A stretch of DNA of 34,434 nucleotides from Fibrobacteria bacterium. Its GTDB lineage: Bacteria; Fibrobacterota; Fibrobacteria; UBA11236. The notes below the pieces were generated by a model, which saw nothing but the letters and a program-made list of their open reading frames with translations, did no database searches and had not been told where the DNA came from. Within the stretch, counting starts at the first letter, position 1. Each line of letters opens with the position of its first letter. Positions 1 to 9,766 of the stretch are shown one piece after another. Made by a program: the position numbers and the translations under genes. The stretch is from NCBI GenBank assembly GCA_043732185.1, contig JAYTHY010000056.1:1-34434 (forward strand). The letters are read 5' to 3'.

Positions 1-75
1 CAGCCTGTCACCAAGTGGCCACGACTCATCCAGAACGACTATCAAAAAGGGGAAATCCAATTCGAAATCAGGAGA

Positions 76-288
76 TCATGAGTTTCCGAAAGGCATTGGA
101 GTTAGCACCCTAAATTGAGGCTCGCCCGTGCTTACGGGAAAGACAGAGTCGCTGAGCTCCCGGCAGGTCTTGGCAACCACCAAGCTCGGACCCGATGGAC
201 TCTTTAAACATGCCAAAAGCAGCAAAGCCAATATCGCACAGGTGAACTTGGCCTTAGCGTTTTTAATTTTTAAGGACCGGAAATGCAT
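76..288 (-). CDS. Small putative lipoprotein (70 aa), possibly truncated
   Basis: Basic N-terminus, hydrophobic stretch and lipobox-like LLLAC. The start overlaps the stop of the vWA gene (TGATG at 286-290 on the minus strand), suggesting translational coupling. Confidence 0.5.
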   Translation of the reverse strand: MHFRSLKIKNAKAKFTCAILALLLLACLKSPSGPSLVVAKTCRELSDSVFPVSTGEPQFRVLTPMPFGNS

Positions 289-3038
289 CAGTCAAACCAC
301 CCGGAGTTTTGGGTATCACAACAGGTTCTTAGAAAACCGAATTTAGTGAGTTTGGTGCTGAGGGAGGGCCTAGCCCCAGTTTTAAAGGACTGGTCATAGC
401 GAAATGTTGCTTTCAGCACATACGCCCCGGTTCCGGCCATTTGCTTATTTAATGTTCGACCGGTCCAGACGATTCGTTGTGTGTATTCAGTTAAATTGGG
501 ATTATGTGTAGGATCTTCTTTTTTATCCAGCAGCTTCAAATCTTCTTCCTCAATTTTACCTGTGGCTTTGGCGACCAATTGGCCCAAATTGGTAAAGATG
601 GAAAAGGTATATGTAACAGGATACTTGGTCACTACTACAATTACCGATCCTAAAAACAAGTCGCCTTCTTTGGCAATACAACCCTCGCATTTTCCGTTTT
701 CGCTTTTACCCGGGATAGCGTAACCCTTGCTGTCTACGGGGATGAGGACGTGATCTGGTTCTGGAGAAGTAGGCACAACTTCCGCCTTGGACTTGGAACC
801 GTTGGCAAAGGTTACATAGAAATCCGTAACGGACTGACTGGGGACGGCGCCGCCCATCGGCGTAAAAATGCGTACAGTCGGAGCGCGCCTAAAGAGATCT
901 TTCGTCTCGCCATTATTATTGATAGCCACGAAATCCCCGCCAACCGGAGTAAAAATACTTCCCGCTTTGAGGTGATAGGCATATTCGGTTTCACTCAACT
1001 TCTGAATGCGGTCAACTGGCATTTGATCGATGGTAAACACCGCGGTATCGCGTTTGAATACCACAGGCTCCACGGCCAATTGCAAGTCGAGAGTGATCGG
1101 TTCGGAGTACGTAATAAGGATTCGGGTTAGCGGGTTGTCCTTATCCTTGTTCACTACATCTGCCTTCAGGATAACAGGTGGCACAGAGTCATCCACTCGA
1201 AATGTGGTATTCACAAAGGGTACATCCAATTGCAAAAAGGTTCTTCCCGAGGTATCGGGAAATGCCACGGAGGTCACACCAAAGGGAAAGGGGTCGGCCA
1301 GGGTAACTACGATATGACTGGGATCCGTTGAATTGTCAGATTTGTGGCCAAAAGCAATCTCCTTGGCTGAAAGCTGAGCAGTTCGATCATAGCCAACGCC
1401 TAGCGCATCAGTGATATGGAATTTAAGCTTATTTGGCAGCGCGCTGACCAGCTCTTTTAAGTGAATATCCACAGTTTCAATTCGACCATCCGCATCCAAA
1501 TCCCAATAGGCAGACTTATCGAAATCCGGGCCATATTTGACGAGGACTTTGACTTGCACGCTGTCATCCGGTATGTATGGGTTATGATAGGTTAGGATCA
1601 CAGTTTCCGCATGTTCAACCTGTACAAGTCGATCACCTTGCTTCTTCACACTTGTCTGGTGCTGAAACGGTTCGGAATTTCTCCAGGTAGAGTCCTTACG
1701 ATTGGCATCAGTGTTTGGAATGGCTTCCAAGTCATGTTGAGCGGTAGAGGTGCTGCTTGTACTCACTACCACATCGAAGGAATCCAGGCCTTTGGCGCCG
1801 GTTGTTAGGGAATAACGCAATAGGGAGTCGTTGATATTGATTGGCAGCCCTAAAAGATTAATAGGCTGATCATGGGTATTGTAGACGAGAAGTTTGGGTA
1901 AGTCGCGGCAGGATTCCACAATATTGGTGAAAGGCCCCGTAGCCGTCCGCTCAATCTTGAAATGCACGTCTTGGGTTATGCCCCCATAGCCGTATTCGGT
2001 TTTGACGACCAATTCGTTGACACCTGGTTTGAGATAAAGCGGGCCCGGCAATTGCAGGATGTATGACGTTGAGTCTGCTGAGAGCGCATGCTTGGTATCA
2101 TTTATTTGGAACATTGAAGAGGTTGTGAGATTCTTGACTGTTGTCAAAGTCGGTAAGGCGCGGCGAAACAACTTTTTCGCTAAATCGTCCGTCAAAATTT
2201 TTGCTAATAGGGCCACATCGGAAATGTTGAAAAATGCACCTCCCGTATGTTGGGAAATGTCTTGCATATCCTTATAGTTGGCTTGGTTGTCGCCGAGGAA
2301 AATGGAATGAACGGTAGGGAGATTATTCCAAAACGTTTTGTAAGTATAAGGATCCCCATCAGGACTTTGAGGATAATTTGGCCTACCATCGGAGACGAAT
2401 ATGATGAATTGTTCCGATTTAGGTTTCGTGGAGGTTTTAAATAAATTGATAGCGGCAGCAAAGGCAGCTGTGTAGTTTGTTTGCCCATCTTCGTGCATTA
2501 CAATCGAGGCTTTGATGCCGTTTTTCGTTGCCGCAGTGAGCGGTAATAGGCTAGTTGACTTGGCATCGGCTACATCTGAAAATGTGACAACACCCATATT
2601 CATGCCAATTCCACCCTTGACAAGGGCGCTATCGATAAAGGCCTGTAAAGCGGGCCCCCGTAGGCGGTGCGGATCACCACTAATACAACCGGGATCATCT
2701 GTCTGGAGCGCTGGATAATCACACCAACGGGGTATCCCAGCCGAATCCCTCACACTGTCCATGGAACCGGTATTGTCCATGATAAGAACAATATCCGGTG
2801 AAGTCGTATAATTGAACGAGCTGTCACAAATAAGAAATCCATCTTTGGCAATGGCAGCGTCACTCTCGGGAACCCTCAACGTAGTCCCTTCGATTTTTTC
2901 CTTATCGAGACATTTCATTACCGGTTTTGCTTCGCAGATCCGGCCCTTCTCCCCTATAACTTGAGCTTGAACACGGGTGGTCAAAGTCAAAACAAAAATC
3001 AAATAGAATAAGGTGGATGGAACGTATTTTTTAAGCAT
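288..3038 (-). CDS. Secreted vWA-domain protein with Fibrobacter-type C-terminal sorting-like domain
   Basis: Signal peptide MLKKYVP...RVQA. vWA MIDAS-like motifs DIVLIMDNTGSM, GQTNYTAAF and IIFVSDGRP. Motif YWDLDADGRIETV and a C-terminal domain (FSIFTNLGQLV...VWTGR...AGTGAYVLK...KFGFLR) typical of Fibrobacter surface proteins. Start placed at ATG 3038 (AAGGGG upstream); the ORF extends to 3068. Confidence 0.8.
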   Translation of the reverse strand: MLKKYVPSTLFYLIFVLTLTTRVQAQVIGEKGRICEAKPVMKCLDKEKIEGTTLRVPESDAAIAKDGFLICDSSFNYTTSPDIVLIMDNTGSMDSVRDSAGIPRWCDYPALQTDDPGCISGDPHRLRGPALQAFIDSALVKGGIGMNMGVVTFSDVADAKSTSLLPLTAATKNGIKASIVMHEDGQTNYTAAFAAAINLFKTSTKPKSEQFIIFVSDGRPNYPQSPDGDPYTYKTFWNNLPTVHSIFLGDNQANYKDMQDISQHTGGAFFNISDVALLAKILTDDLAKKLFRRALPTLTTVKNLTTSSMFQINDTKHALSADSTSYILQLPGPLYLKPGVNELVVKTEYGYGGITQDVHFKIERTATGPFTNIVESCRDLPKLLVYNTHDQPINLLGLPININDSLLRYSLTTGAKGLDSFDVVVSTSSTSTAQHDLEAIPNTDANRKDSTWRNSEPFQHQTSVKKQGDRLVQVEHAETVILTYHNPYIPDDSVQVKVLVKYGPDFDKSAYWDLDADGRIETVDIHLKELVSALPNKLKFHITDALGVGYDRTAQLSAKEIAFGHKSDNSTDPSHIVVTLADPFPFGVTSVAFPDTSGRTFLQLDVPFVNTTFRVDDSVPPVILKADVVNKDKDNPLTRILITYSEPITLDLQLAVEPVVFKRDTAVFTIDQMPVDRIQKLSETEYAYHLKAGSIFTPVGGDFVAINNNGETKDLFRRAPTVRIFTPMGGAVPSQSVTDFYVTFANGSKSKAEVVPTSPEPDHVLIPVDSKGYAIPGKSENGKCEGCIAKEGDLFLGSVIVVVTKYPVTYTFSIFTNLGQLVAKATGKIEEEDLKLLDKKEDPTHNPNLTEYTQRIVWTGRTLNKQMAGTGAYVLKATFRYDQSFKTGARPSLSTKLTKFGFLRTCCDTQNSGWFD

Positions 3039-3122
3039 GATTCTCATACCCCTTAACTTAAACGCCACAAGCTTTCTTGCTTCAATGGCCTTGGCATTGG
3101 AATCGGAACTTACGGTTCCAGA

Positions 3123-4367
3123 TTAAAAAGACGAGTGATCATTTGACATTTCCATTATTCTATCCTGTCCAATGCTTTCAGACAATGGAAAAGAACGCGT
3201 CCGCACAGAATGATTTTGGCGTTTGATTCTAAACCTGCTTACTCCAGGCACTGCCGACCAGTTCATGGTGGGTTTTTTCGGCAGTCCGAAATAGAATCGC
3301 AATGTGGGAAAGTCTTCCAGCAACCATTGCGTGGACCAAGCCAAAAAATAGGAGCCGGCCACCACCAAAATTATTCGATTCAACATGTCAAATATCGTGA
3401 CCTCCCAAAGCAAATAATCTATGGCCCGGAGAACGTGCGTATGGGCTAGGTAGACGAAAAAAGTATACGGGGCAATATGGCTGAATAGAAACTGAAAATT
3501 TGGATTCTGATACACCTTTTCGGCAATCCATGTTTTCGCCTTCATAAAGACCATCAATGAAGCGAGACAATAGAGGAGAACAGACCAACGGTTAAAGTGG
3601 TCTGTATCCGCCAGATATTTGTCATTTTGAATATTAATAAGGAACTCACCATTAAGAAGTAAGGTGATGCCAAACCAAAACGCCATGACCTTCCACTTGT
3701 TCCAACGCACTAACAGACTCGTCAAGAAGTCCTTATTCCATGCGGCATAGATGCCAGCGAAACAATAGAACCAGTGAAAGAGCAGGATGTTCGGATGGAT
3801 TTTGGGCAACTCCAGGCCCCAGATTTCCAGGTAGGTTTCAATGGGCGAGAGAAAGCCAAGGTGCAAAGCTAAAAACAAACCCATGAAAAGTTTTGACTTG
3901 CCGAGTTTGTATAGAAACGGATACAGGCAGTAAAACTGGAAAATAACAATGAGGAAATAGTACTGGTAATCAAAACCGTCCAGAAATAAAAACCTGGAAA
4001 AAATCTTGAGGGTACCTACGGGATCTGCAGTCCAAGGTAGGCTCTCAAGGAAGTCAAGATGTCGGAAGGCGGTGAGTCCCGACCAGACCAAAAATGGAGC
4101 AAGGATTTTAAGTAGCCGGAAACGGTAATATCGGATGAGATCAATTGATTTTCCCTTAAATTGTAAAGTCAGCCCAAAACCGGAAAGGAAAAAAAATAAG
4201 GGTACCGTAAAACGAGTAGCTTGATCGAGGAAGGTGGCAAAATAAGAGAGCGAGCCATAATCTCTTGAGCTGTAAAAATCTTCCACCCAGAAATGAATGC
4301 AATGTGCAATCACAACAGAAACGCTGGCTATGACCCGTAAGAATTCGCCATCCTTTTTTGTCAGCAC
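3123..4367 (-). CDS. Acyltransferase family 3 (OafA/WecH-like) integral membrane O-acyltransferase
   Basis: LRVIASVSVVIAH, TRFTVPLFFFLSGFGL, RLLKILAPFLVWS, YQYYFLIVIFQFY and FFVYLAH motifs; multiple hydrophobic segments. Confidence 0.88.
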   Translation of the reverse strand: MLTKKDGEFLRVIASVSVVIAHCIHFWVEDFYSSRDYGSLSYFATFLDQATRFTVPLFFFLSGFGLTLQFKGKSIDLIRYYRFRLLKILAPFLVWSGLTAFRHLDFLESLPWTADPVGTLKIFSRFLFLDGFDYQYYFLIVIFQFYCLYPFLYKLGKSKLFMGLFLALHLGFLSPIETYLEIWGLELPKIHPNILLFHWFYCFAGIYAAWNKDFLTSLLVRWNKWKVMAFWFGITLLLNGEFLINIQNDKYLADTDHFNRWSVLLYCLASLMVFMKAKTWIAEKVYQNPNFQFLFSHIAPYTFFVYLAHTHVLRAIDYLLWEVTIFDMLNRIILVVAGSYFLAWSTQWLLEDFPTLRFYFGLPKKPTMNWSAVPGVSRFRIKRQNHSVRTRSFPLSESIGQDRIMEMSNDHSSF

Positions 4368-4493
4368 AAATTCGGACGCTGGATTTAAGGTCTGGATAAT
4401 TCCTCCAACAGTGGATTACAGCAGAATACGAAGTGAGGCTTCCCTGCCCCATTCAAAAACTACTTCCGGCCCATGCCTTTGTAAAATGGTTGT

Positions 4494-6896
4494 TTATTTA
4501 GCCCTAGATAGGGGAATGCCGTCCACACTTACTTTAATTTGGGCAAAGGTCAATGGGCTGGCTACCACTTCCCATGGATGCAAGAAATTATTGGGTTCCA
4601 TCCAAGCTTTTTTGAGAACTTGGACCTTTCCCAGCGCGTCCATTCCTTGAATTTCAACCCAATGCCGTCCAACCAACTTTTCCTGACTCATTAGGAAGCG
4701 TTGTCCGGCAAGCCGCCAAGTGAACCATTTATCGCTGTAGCTGGCAAGATTTTCCAGATTTCTAACTGGGAGATCTTGCAGCACCTGGAGATTGAAGCGT
4801 TTGCGTAAAACAGTAGGACCAGTGGCAGTCAGTGTCACAATATGCATTCCCGTATCATTTGACGCTGGCACCCAAAGCAATTTTCCGGCGCCATCGACCA
4901 TGGCGCTGGTTCCCAGACCAGCCAGCGAATACTGGTAAGTGAGAGCGGGAGCTGGGGTCAATTCCAAAGTGTACCGCACCTGCTGGCCAACCCGCCAGGA
5001 CAATAGGGTTGAGTCCATCACATGAAAATCCGGGAGCGTGGAGAGGTAAAATTGTAGGCCCTTGAACATATCCAGTCGACCTCCCGTAGCCACCTTTCCG
5101 GTAAATGCCGGTTCTTGTACAACCCCCGCCAAAGCGCGTGTTCGGTTCCAGACAAGTCCCATACGGTCGCAGGCCACCCGCTGCATGGCGACATAGCCTG
5201 TCATATGTGGGGCTGCAATGGACGTGCCTGCCACCACCTTATAAATATTGCGATCGATAGGATTTGGATCATGCGCGGTAATTTCCAAGCCATCAATTTT
5301 CAGAATCCTACCTGAACTAGAAAGTTTGGCGGAAGTGCGGAAACGCAACTTAAATTTCACGCCATCGAAACCTTGCAGTCCATAGGTTAACAAGTAATTT
5401 GCATTGACATCCGCAGTGACCACGCCAAGCGTGGTCCAAAGTGCAGACCCTTCTGCATTTCCCTCAATGACAAGTGCGTCATATGCATTGGCAGGATGGT
5501 AAGTGGCCTGGAGCTTCAGCATGCACCCTTCTCGGCCGCTCAAATCAATATAGGCTGTGCTGGTTGCACTGACATTGCTGCCCGTGACCCAGGCCAGAGA
5601 TTGTTTGTCCACTATCGGCGCGGTAGTTGATAACGCAAACGCTCCGGCTGAAAGAGTCCAAGCGGATAAATCCACAGCCTCAAAACCTTCTTTCCAAACT
5701 GACAATGGATTTGGCAACCCCGCCACCAAAACCAATTCACCCGGCGCTGCAATATCCACGGAAGTTTTGCCAAAATTGGAAAACCCGCATAAAAGACCAG
5801 CATGATCGTGGGCGGCAACCACCAATAAATTGTCAAAAGTATATGCAGCAGGATAGGAGGGTGTGATTTCAATATCTTGGCCATCATTGCCCGCTGCCAC
5901 AATTATGGGAACCCCTTTGTCACGAGCGGCTTGGAAGGCTGTCCGCATGGCGGCATTGTCTGCATCTCCCCCGATGCTAAAATTGATCACGCGTGCGCCA
6001 TTGTTGATAGCGTACATAATGCCCTTGGCAATATCGTCCTGCCTGCCCATGCCACTGGCATCCAGCACGCGAATCGGCATAATGCGGCATTGTGGTACCA
6101 CACCGGCAATTCCCTTTCCATTGTCAAACGCCGCGGCTATTACGGAGCTGACATTGGTGCCATGCCCGTTAAAGTCGTCCGGGAAGTTGTCATTGTCCAC
6201 AAAGTCCCAGCCAACCGAGTCATCTACAAACCCATTATTATCGTCATCGACATTGGGCTTGCCCAATACCTCGGCCATATTTCGCCAATTCTTACCCTTT
6301 AATTCCGGGTGTTGAAATCCAAATCCAGCATCTACAACCGCAATAACAAGTGAATCGCTTCCGCCGAATTTATCCCAAACTTTTTCAACATTGATATCCA
6401 CCCCGGCTTTTCCAGGCCTATCGGCAATGGTGGTTCCAATATTATGCAGAGCCCATTGGGGCGAATTGGCATACCATTCATCATCAGGCGTGTACACTCC
6501 AAATGAACTGCCGGAGGTTTGGAAATGTATCCCATGATGGATTCCAAGGTAGGCTGTTAGCCTGCTGCCATAATCCACACCCGTATCCGACAAGGTACCT
6601 GCGTGCAAAGCCTGCAAAAGATCATAGGAAATTTCCAAACGTCCATTTCGAATTGAATAATGATGCGTGGAATCGGAAGGGAAGCTGGATGCCAAAAGCT
6701 TAAACTTTTCTAGTTGGTTGGCATCCTCTGGAATGAAACCAACGGGTTGAAAGCGTGCGGAGAGGGAAGGACGTTCAAGCGCTTTACGAGTGGGTATCGG
6801 CTCCGTATAAGTCCTCGTGACCAAGAGAAAAAAGATTCCAGGACCAACCAGACCCAATAATGACATTAACCGGCCAATTCGGTTCGCTGCATCCAT
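4494..6896 (-). CDS. Secreted S8 (subtilisin-like) serine peptidase with inserted beta-domain and C-terminal Ig-like domain
   Basis: Catalytic motifs VIAVVDAG (Asp), GHGTNVSSVIAA (His), AAGNDG (oxyanion Asn) and GTSIAAPH (Ser); NVDDDNNGFVDDSVGWDF loop; N-terminal hydrophobic signal. Confidence 0.92.
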   Translation of the reverse strand: MDAANRIGRLMSLLGLVGPGIFFLLVTRTYTEPIPTRKALERPSLSARFQPVGFIPEDANQLEKFKLLASSFPSDSTHHYSIRNGRLEISYDLLQALHAGTLSDTGVDYGSRLTAYLGIHHGIHFQTSGSSFGVYTPDDEWYANSPQWALHNIGTTIADRPGKAGVDINVEKVWDKFGGSDSLVIAVVDAGFGFQHPELKGKNWRNMAEVLGKPNVDDDNNGFVDDSVGWDFVDNDNFPDDFNGHGTNVSSVIAAAFDNGKGIAGVVPQCRIMPIRVLDASGMGRQDDIAKGIMYAINNGARVINFSIGGDADNAAMRTAFQAARDKGVPIIVAAGNDGQDIEITPSYPAAYTFDNLLVVAAHDHAGLLCGFSNFGKTSVDIAAPGELVLVAGLPNPLSVWKEGFEAVDLSAWTLSAGAFALSTTAPIVDKQSLAWVTGSNVSATSTAYIDLSGREGCMLKLQATYHPANAYDALVIEGNAEGSALWTTLGVVTADVNANYLLTYGLQGFDGVKFKLRFRTSAKLSSSGRILKIDGLEITAHDPNPIDRNIYKVVAGTSIAAPHMTGYVAMQRVACDRMGLVWNRTRALAGVVQEPAFTGKVATGGRLDMFKGLQFYLSTLPDFHVMDSTLLSWRVGQQVRYTLELTPAPALTYQYSLAGLGTSAMVDGAGKLLWVPASNDTGMHIVTLTATGPTVLRKRFNLQVLQDLPVRNLENLASYSDKWFTWRLAGQRFLMSQEKLVGRHWVEIQGMDALGKVQVLKKAWMEPNNFLHPWEVVASPLTFAQIKVSVDGIPLSRAK

Positions 6897-6903
6897 AGGT
6901 AAT

Positions 6904-6909
6904 ATTATA
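6904..6909 (-). promoter_or_regulatory. Sigma70-type -10 element (TATAAT) of the S8 peptidase gene, likely leaderless
   Basis: Perfect TATAAT on the minus strand, 7 nt before ATG 6896, with no well-spaced Shine-Dalgarno. Confidence 0.55.
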
Positions 6910-7003
6910 CCCTACGGAGGCATTTTTGAACGCGCATCTTTGGGGCCTTTTAGGCTGTACCGTTTGGTACAAAGAAATGCTGTGCCGTTGGATTGCTCAA
7001 TCC

Positions 7004-8767
7004 TCAAGGACCAATCCAAGCCACGGGCAGTGTCTGGTTACCCCCAGACAGAATGCGCAAACTTTCCTTGGTAGAAAGTTTGATGAGGTAAATGTCCGGT
7101 TGAGTCGATTGCGGTTCAGCGGGATTGGATAAGTCGCCATTGGGATCACGTGTGGTGGCTACAATATAGTCGCCCTTGTTCGTCCACTCCGGATCATCCC
7201 AGGTTTTATTCAGGGCCAATTCCGATGGCGGCGTATCGATAAAATCCACGATCCGACCTGGCGCATCAGAACCAAACTCTCCGATCAAGATCATGCGGTG
7301 CTGGGCATAGATTTTGGGTGTAACCATGTTGGCATAGGTTGGTTCGGCAGTAACCCCAAAATCCAAAAAGAGCATGCGAGCGGGATGCAGGGAATCCTGG
7401 GAAATCGAAGCATTGCAAACTTGCAACGAATCCGTTGAGCTGCCGTCTTTGGCTTTGGGATGACCGGGATAAACGTGCAGGTATTGCTGTACCTTAGTTG
7501 CCTTGTCGAGCAGGACACCATAAGGATATCCTGTGGCCAAGTAGCGACCGTTCCGCGATAGCCCTCCATTATAGCTGCCCTTGGCCAGCGTTTCCACCGT
7601 TCCGGTCAATGCGACTCCGGAGAATTTTTGGCTTAAAGTGGAAGTGCTCGTATCCAGCCATCCACCTTGATTTCCTGATGTGCACCAAGTCAAGAAAGTA
7701 TCCTTGCCGTCCGACCACCAACGTGGATTGGTAGCTGGATTTACAGGTCCGTCCAGTCTTGGGCCAAGCAGTGGTTGGATATAAATACGACTGATCGGCA
7801 GGGTCAGGTTTTCAAAACCAATTTCATAGGCAAGCATACTTCCGTCCGGCGACCAGGATGGACCGAAAGCGCCAAAGCCTGATGTTTCCGGGCCTCGCGA
7901 GTCGGCAAAAACATGATCCGGCATAGTATCATTGACCATCTCGGCTAAATCAACATAATGCATCACAAACTTATGCAATGTCCCAATTTCTTTTTTAAGA
8001 AAAGCGAGTCGCAAGTTTCGGCCCGGACCGATGAAATCCTGAATACGATCCTTTAGGGGCGTGCTCTTCGGCAATAAAGTGAGCGTTAGCCCTACCTTCA
8101 TTAATGTGGTTTGATTAAATCGTTTGTCCAGAAAACCAGTGGCCGATACCTCTAAAATACTGTTATCAAAAAATGTCGCGCTTTGGGCCTTAGCCAATCC
8201 ACTCTGTTTGCGTTCTTCCCGTTCTCGGTTACCCCCGTAAAGCACGCCATGCAAACCTGCACATTTAATGAATCGAAAGGAGGATTCATTCGACTCCGAG
8301 ATAACCCGCAGCCAGAAAAATCCCGCGGCCGGGCCCGCCAACTTATCCAAATCGAGGGTCGTTTGTTCAAGCGCTGGCAAGCCCAATCCACCCGCTGCCA
8401 GCAGGCGCCTTTGTCCAGTTGCAGACACCATTTCCAAACGCACAGGACGACTGTTTGGGTTTTTAAATGCAATCTGCCCGTCGGCATATTTTAGGTGAAA
8501 TCCACCCGGTAGAGTGGTCCTTTTGATAATACCTGAAACCGTTCCTTTTAAATAGAAATTACCTTGGCCATCCGAGGTCGTGGTCAGATTGGTTTCCATC
8601 AAGTTGATTTTTGCGCCTGGAATGCCCTGCCCGGATGGATCGACAACCGATCCAGCTAAATCGACGGGGATAGTTTGAGCATGGATCGTACTCAGCCTTC
8701 CAGCCAGTCCAAGGCTCAAGCAAAGCGCAACTGAGTAGCTTTTGAAACCAAAATTTATTTTGAGCAT
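7004..8767 (-). CDS. Secreted protein: carboxypeptidase-regulatory-like N-terminal domain plus TolB/PD40-like propeller (TIGR02171-like)
   Basis: Signal MLKINFGF...IHA with GAGGA upstream of ATG 8767 (ORF extends to 8839). LAGSVVDPSGQGIPGAKI...TTTSDGQGNF; PSWSPDG; GSYNGGLS, QVCNASIS, MLFLDFG and TWDDPEW resemble the Fibrobacter paralogous family TIGR02171. Confidence 0.72.
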   Translation of the reverse strand: MLKINFGFKSYSVALCLSLGLAGRLSTIHAQTIPVDLAGSVVDPSGQGIPGAKINLMETNLTTTSDGQGNFYLKGTVSGIIKRTTLPGGFHLKYADGQIAFKNPNSRPVRLEMVSATGQRRLLAAGGLGLPALEQTTLDLDKLAGPAAGFFWLRVISESNESSFRFIKCAGLHGVLYGGNREREERKQSGLAKAQSATFFDNSILEVSATGFLDKRFNQTTLMKVGLTLTLLPKSTPLKDRIQDFIGPGRNLRLAFLKKEIGTLHKFVMHYVDLAEMVNDTMPDHVFADSRGPETSGFGAFGPSWSPDGSMLAYEIGFENLTLPISRIYIQPLLGPRLDGPVNPATNPRWWSDGKDTFLTWCTSGNQGGWLDTSTSTLSQKFSGVALTGTVETLAKGSYNGGLSRNGRYLATGYPYGVLLDKATKVQQYLHVYPGHPKAKDGSSTDSLQVCNASISQDSLHPARMLFLDFGVTAEPTYANMVTPKIYAQHRMILIGEFGSDAPGRIVDFIDTPPSELALNKTWDDPEWTNKGDYIVATTRDPNGDLSNPAEPQSTQPDIYLIKLSTKESLRILSGGNQTLPVAWIGP

Positions 8768-8982
8768 TTTGATCCTCACTGGGAAAAGGAACGGCACTTC
8801 ACTTAAATTAGTCTTTATCGAAAATGGAAAGAACCGCAAAAACCACCTACAAATAACCGCTAAAATGCTGGCTTATCGCATATTTCTGAATGATTTTGGG
8901 CGAACTCTAGCCATTTCAAGTATATTTACTACCAAATCATGGCCTTCCGCAGGTGGCTTTGATATTAAAAGGATAAAATTTT

Positions 8983-9735
8983 ATGAAAGCAACTTCCATT
9001 TCCCGAATTGGTTTGATCGGAATGGTGAGTCTATTTATGGCTTGCTCTTCTACTAGCAATCGAGAAGTCAGTCGCGCTCCGAAATCAGATGACCTTTTGG
9101 AATTGTTAACTGGTTTCGGCGAATCCCTATCGAAACGGAATTTTTTAAAAGCTGTAGACTATATGGTTCCTGAAGAAAAAGCCTTGATGACGGAAAATGG
9201 CGTAGTCCCCGCCGACAAACAAAAGATGCTATTGGCCTTGCCACTGCAGAGATTAATTCGTCATCCGGGTGTTCGTGTTGAGAACGGTCATATCGCTGGA
9301 ATTTACGCCGTTTTGCCTGACCTGCGCCACGGTGAAGCCGCTTCCCTGGCCGCGACAGGAAATGAAAATGAAATGTCAGACACGCCTACCCCCACTGGGG
9401 ATGCGGCGGCCTCGGAAACCAGCGGACCCATGCATGAAATGGCTTCCACAAGAACCGGCTATGAGGATATGGTTTCCACTCCTGTTGCCGTTGAAAATGA
9501 CCCTGGACTTAAAGACGCGGTCACTAAGTTTTTTTCGGCCGTCAATAACCGCAATTGGAACAGTGCCTTAGCTATGATGAATGAAGATGAGAGGAAATTG
9601 TTGCTTGATGATAAAGGTCGACTCAAAGAATCCTCAAAGCAACGGCTATCTCAAATGGACCAAAAGAACAGAACAGCATTAGTGATGCAAGACGGCAAAT
9701 TGACGGGCGTGACCCTACTCTTGCCTAACAACTAA
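8983..9735 (+). CDS. Lipoprotein with two repeated ~75 aa domains
   Basis: Lipobox LFMAC, AAGGA upstream, internal duplication separated by an acidic Pro/Thr linker, followed by a terminator. Confidence 0.8.
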   Translation: MKATSISRIGLIGMVSLFMACSSTSNREVSRAPKSDDLLELLTGFGESLSKRNFLKAVDYMVPEEKALMTENGVVPADKQKMLLALPLQRLIRHPGVRVENGHIAGIYAVLPDLRHGEAASLAATGNENEMSDTPTPTGDAAASETSGPMHEMASTRTGYEDMVSTPVAVENDPGLKDAVTKFFSAVNNRNWNSALAMMNEDERKLLLDDKGRLKESSKQRLSQMDQKNRTALVMQDGKLTGVTLLLPNN

Positions 9736-9766
9736 TTCTCGATAACCATTTCGCAATCGATTTGAG

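Noticed and set aside
76..78. Possible TGA recoding (Trp or Sec)
   Set aside because: Many genes here (vWA, parA, fliG, fliH, fliI, fliJ) terminate at TGA, and no conserved gene needs TGA read-through; no SECIS evidence.
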